Positions 60,607 to 64,000 of a stretch of DNA of 64,000 nucleotides are shown here, one piece after another (the first letter of the stretch is position 1; each line of letters begins with the position of its first letter). Position numbers and translations under genes: made by a program. Where the stretch lies: positions 3,107 through 67,106 of the IMG/VR virus record IMGVR_UViG_3300021431_000124; one strand, given 5' to 3'. The notes under the pieces are model-generated. The model worked only from the letters and a program-made list of their open reading frames with translations, did not search any database and had not been told where the DNA came from. Origin of the DNA: a virus. Taxonomy: Duplodnaviria > Caudoviricetes.

Positions 60607-60682
60607 TAGCGGTGGTGGGGGTCGAACCCACATAATGACATGGCTTATAAGGCCACCGCATGAACCTTTCTGCTACACCGCT
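60607..60682 (-). tRNA. trnI: tRNA-Ile(UAU)
   Basis: Acceptor AGCGGTG/CACCGCT, anticodon arm GTGGC-CTTATAA-GCCAT, T arm GTGGG-TTCGACC-CCCAC. Confidence 0.8.
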
Positions 60683-60795
60683 AAACAGTAGGTCACTGCA
60701 TTCCTACTTCCCCTCTTTTTGCACCTTATAGAATGATTAACTAGTATCTCATCCGTATGCTTTACAGACCTAAATTAATAGGTGAAGATGGGTAG

Positions 60796-60868
60796 TACAC
60801 CAAGCAAGACTCGAACTTGCGACCCACGGCTTAGAAGACCGTTGCACTTCCAACTGTGCTATTGGTGC
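60796..60868 (-). tRNA. trnR: tRNA-Arg(UCU)
   Basis: Canonical cloverleaf, anticodon loop CTTCTAA. Confidence 0.93.
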
Positions 60869-60895
60869 AAAAGCCAAATTCCTAGGTACATGATA

Positions 60896-61044
60896 TTGAA
60901 CTACCAACGTACTTTAGTCCGTTGGATTCTATGGAATCCTCACGGATATTCCTTTCTGCTTCAACGAATACTCAGCATTGCCGCTTTGCGGCGTAGCGTC
61001 CATACCCTCCACAGACATTAGTTCCCGTAGTTCCTACGGTACTT
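60896..61044 (-). ncRNA. Stand-alone omegaRNA-like scaffold, copy 2 (putative guide TATCATGTACCTAGG...)
   Basis: Same 149-nt scaffold as 59837-59985; 27 nt separate it from the tRNA-Arg 5' end. Confidence 0.75.
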
Positions 61045-61339
61045 AACTTATCAGTATTGCTCCTTCACGAAATTTGACTAAGCAATAAATCATTCCCAAT
61101 ACCATACGTTAGGGCTTTTCCAGGCTCTACGTTTGCTACCCTAATCCTTTTGTTACTTAATTATGCGCACTTACTAAGTAACTCCATTCTTTACTCTCAC
61201 AACTTGCTCTTCGTAGCAATGATTTATTGAATAATAATATGATTAGATACTACGAATCAAGATAGCATCATAGCCGAGGCTACTAGCCCGACACAGAGTT
61301 CATAACCATATTACTAATACTTTATTCAATTTTCAAAGA

Positions 61340-61780
61340 ACTTTGAAAATTTCTAAAGACTCAGGTGTTTTTAGATAGCTGCTCTTTTTCAGCAACAGGA
61401 CATGCACCTAAAACCTCTGTGTTGGTTAGCCTCGCCAACATTGCCCGATTTTAACGGGACTTTAAAATCTCATTGTGTGCTGTTACGCCAAAGTGGAGTG
61501 TAATCCTTACCATTTACGGGGTGATTACCTGCTATCCTCGGAGTGACCGACTCACCTATATACCATTACACTTCACTCTATCAATTTGATATATAGCCTG
61601 ATCCGCCTATTCACTCTTTCGCTAAATTTTACTTTAGCTGATTTGCCATAATGCTAGCTAAACATTAGAGGGCGGTGTAGCTTTAATGCGTTCTACATCT
61701 TGGAAGATATAGAATCAGGATATGCTATTGGCGATTGCCACACTCATTAAGGATGTTTGCTTCTAACCCAACCACAATAA
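61340..61780 (-). ncRNA. GOLLD-like large structured RNA (boundaries approximate)
   Basis: ORF-free, multi-hairpin; segments GTGAGTCGGTCACTC..ATAGCAGG, CCCG..TCGGGCAA, GTTGGCGA..CCAAC resemble GOLLD as recalled; tRNA-cluster context; not confirmed by covariance model. Confidence 0.55.
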
Positions 61781-61786
61781 GATTAA

Positions 61787-61863
61787 CTGGAAATGAAAGA
61801 TTCAAACTTTCATCTAACGACCCCAACAAAGGTCGGTTGTTTTATCAGTTAAACTAATTTCCA
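61787..61863 (-). tRNA. Atypical tRNA-Gln-like gene with enlarged anticodon loop
   Basis: Acceptor TGGAAAT/ATTTCCA with G73 (Gln-like), arm CGACC-TTTGTTGG-GGTCG, T-loop TTTGAAT. Confidence 0.5.
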
Positions 61864-61867
61864 ACAA

Positions 61868-61950
61868 TGGGTAGGGATGGATTTGAACCACCGAACCCGT
61901 AGGGGAGCGGGTTTACAGCCCGCCGCGTTTAGCCACTTCGCTACCTACCC
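61868..61950 (-). tRNA. trnY: tRNA-Tyr(GUA)
   Basis: Canonical class II cloverleaf, loop CTGTAAA. Confidence 0.93.
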
Positions 61951-62059
61951 AAACGGTATGATCATAATCATCACGATTATTCACACAAAATTGACAAAGT
62001 TCTAAAAAGGAGGTTTATTCTATTGTCAAAGATTGTCTGAATCAACCAGACGAATACAT

Positions 62060-62088
62060 TAGATATACAAAATACAAAAACAAGTCAA
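62060..62088 (-). promoter_or_regulatory. Candidate promoter for the RNA cluster
   Basis: TTGACT-17 nt-TATCTA. Confidence 0.55.
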
Positions 62089-62096
62089 CAAAAAAA

Positions 62097-62468
62097 TTAA
62101 TCATCACAAATAATCATTTGCTGGTTGCTAATGTCATCGCACAAGCGGCAATGATAGATAGAAATGCAACTTACACACAAAGTACTTGCCAATGCGTGTT
62201 TACAAAATTTGCAATGATAACAATACACACAATTTGTGCAAAGTTCACAGAAATAACAATTTCTACATGATACTAATACTTTTGAATCATGGCAGTTTGT
62301 GCATTTTTTGGAATCTTTCAAATTTGATGATTTTGAACAAGATACGCAGCAAGTACTATTTTTGCATTTATAACAGCCTACACAACCTTTGCAATTTTTG
62401 CATTGAACACAAGCAATATTATTTGATCTTCTAACAACAAATTTAGAATTATGTTTAAATCGAAACAT
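62097..62468 (-). CDS. Cys-rich CxxC-repeat protein
   Basis: Repeated C-x-x-C units as in the IS-interrupted gene. Confidence 0.7.
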   Translation of the reverse strand: MFRFKHNSKFVVRRSNNIACVQCKNCKGCVGCYKCKNSTCCVSCSKSSNLKDSKKCTNCHDSKVLVSCRNCYFCELCTNCVYCYHCKFCKHALASTLCVSCISIYHCRLCDDISNQQMIICDD

Positions 62469-62499
62469 CAGACACTACAAACAAACACAAAAAGAATAG

Positions 62500-62694
62500 C
62501 TATTTAGACGGCGGATTATATTTAGTAAGCGGTGTATTTGTCTTTCCACAAACAACGCAGGTATGACCTTTGAACTGCTGATTTGAACATCCACTTACAC
62601 GACAGCCGATAAATCCGCAATATTTACACTTATACAGTATAGATGATTTGCATTTTTTACCGTTCTTTTTAATTCCTTGACACTGAAATAGCAT
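62500..62694 (-). CDS. Small Cys-rich zinc-binding protein
   Basis: 64 aa, CKYC and CVVC motifs, GGAG RBS. Confidence 0.6.
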   Translation of the reverse strand: MLFQCQGIKKNGKKCKSSILYKCKYCGFIGCRVSGCSNQQFKGHTCVVCGKTNTPLTKYNPPSK

Positions 62695-62765
62695 AACAAT
62701 CTCCGAGTGAAAAAAAATCCCACTACCGTTTATAGATAGTGGGACAGTTTCAGAATAATCAAAGA

Positions 62766-63980
62766 TTATTCGGCTCGATTATCGACAACATCTGCATGAA
62801 CTTTCTTGACAATAACGCGACCTGATACAGTAAGAATACTGACATTGATCAAGCAACCATTGCCATCGCTTGCAGTGTCAGCACCTTCTGGGACGGAAAC
62901 GACATCGCAAGTCTCAGGTGAAAGTGGATGTTTGCTATCGACAACACCGACAACAACAGCCTTAACTGTTTCTGTTTCACCCCACTGATTTGTGATTGTT
63001 TCGAGTTCGTCAAGTGTCACTGGGCAGCAACCCTCTGGCGCAACGACAGCGGAATTTGGATCAGATGAATCTTCTGGCACACCTGCGACAGCTTTAACGA
63101 CGACAGCAGAAAGTTTCTTGCCTTCTTCTGCAAGAACGATTTCGAGTGATGGCGCATCCCAATCAAGCGTCCATTTCTCTGCACCATCAGACAAACGTTT
63201 GTCTGTGATTGCGACAGGAACTTTGATTGTGCATTCAACATAATCATCAGATGTCGGTGTACATTTAACAAGAACATGGCCAGTAGGCTCAAGTTCTCCG
63301 CTAACGACAAACAAAGGATTAAGAGCTACTGGTGTTGGGTCGCCACCGTCATCAGCAGCACCAAGTTCATCAACCAGTGTAATTGTTAATGCAACATCAT
63401 CATCGCCATCTTTACCAGTGATCCCAGCAGACACGACAGACGCAAGATCATCAGCCTTTAATTTGTCGTCCTCATTGTGACGTGTAGTGGCAACAAGTTC
63501 GCCAGCTTCGGCAGGTGCATTGGCAACGACAGCGGCGAGTTCAAGTGCGTCAACGCCTTCAATTGCAAAGTGTTTGCCGCGCTGGTCTTCACAATTGATA
63601 CAGACACCGAGTTCGATTTCCTGAGTCTCATAACCCTCTGCACTGACAATTGCTTTCACAGTGAACAGACCATTCTCGACGAGGTTCTGAAGCTGTGAAT
63701 CTGCTTTTTCGGCGGGAACAGATGGAAGTTTGACTGCATCGAGTTCACCAGTGGTATTAAAGCCAACGGCATCGGGGACAACCGTAACGGTAACACTTAC
63801 AGTAGAACCATCCTCTGCATCAACAGCTTTCACACAATCTGTTAAACCAGCAACTTTTAGACATCCACCCTCGCCTTTAGCACCTGTCATGTTAGCTTTT
63901 GTCAGATCAGTACCAACGATAATCCAAGGACGAAGGAACATAGCTTCGGCGGGTTCGGCTGTCGAATTGCTAATTTTCAT
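62766..63980 (-). CDS. Acidic beta-rich putative structural/decoration protein
   Basis: 404-aa ORF, V/A/D/E-rich, higher GC with strong codon bias. Confidence 0.6.
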   Translation of the reverse strand: MKISNSTAEPAEAMFLRPWIIVGTDLTKANMTGAKGEGGCLKVAGLTDCVKAVDAEDGSTVSVTVTVVPDAVGFNTTGELDAVKLPSVPAEKADSQLQNLVENGLFTVKAIVSAEGYETQEIELGVCINCEDQRGKHFAIEGVDALELAAVVANAPAEAGELVATTRHNEDDKLKADDLASVVSAGITGKDGDDDVALTITLVDELGAADDGGDPTPVALNPLFVVSGELEPTGHVLVKCTPTSDDYVECTIKVPVAITDKRLSDGAEKWTLDWDAPSLEIVLAEEGKKLSAVVVKAVAGVPEDSSDPNSAVVAPEGCCPVTLDELETITNQWGETETVKAVVVGVVDSKHPLSPETCDVVSVPEGADTASDGNGCLINVSILTVSGRVIVKKVHADVVDNRAE

Positions 63981-64000
63981 CTGTTTCTGTGCTGGACGCT

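Noticed and set aside
60690-60795. Ribozyme or tRNA remnant between tRNA-Arg and tRNA-Ile (GGTCTGTAAAGC segment)
   Set aside because: No complete cloverleaf, and no convincing match to theta/HDV, twister or hammerhead consensus
59057-61021. Short ORFs 59057-59308, 59206-59514, 60081-60263, 60229-60543, 60782-61021
   Set aside because: Overlap tRNAs and structured RNAs, mostly antisense, with no coding signature
59837-61044. CRISPR array interpretation of the repeated 149-nt unit
   Set aside because: Only two long copies about 1 kb apart, no regular repeat-spacer period, no cas genes
61722-61774. True rRNA gene fragment
   Set aside because: Similarity is limited to ~55 nt, has an inserted hairpin, and the flanks do not resemble 23S rRNA

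Overview
A 64 kb, AT-rich segment of a large tailed phage (contractile-tail, myovirus-like). Overlapping i-/o-spanin genes imply a diderm host. Morphogenesis genes (terminase with mini-intein, tube, apparently split sheath, tape measure with NlpC/P60, baseplate, tail fibres) lie on both strands. They are mixed with replication and expression genes (intein-containing family A DNA polymerase, SNF2-like helicase, split primase, sigma-like and Mor-like factors) and anti-restriction genes (ArdA, Dam-type MTase). A 1411-bp tnpB-only IS200/IS605 element interrupts a Cys-rich gene. The most unusual part is a ~2.7 kb non-coding RNA cluster at 59.27-61.95 kb on the minus strand. It holds four recognisable tRNAs (Leu-UAA with a group I intron, Ile-UAU, Arg-UCU, Tyr-GUA), several tRNA-like RNAs with rebuilt anticodon arms, a GOLLD-like large RNA with a 23S rRNA GTPase-centre-like motif, and stand-alone TnpB omegaRNA-like cassettes with different guides placed upstream of tRNAs. 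All assignments are from manual motif reading; no searches were run.
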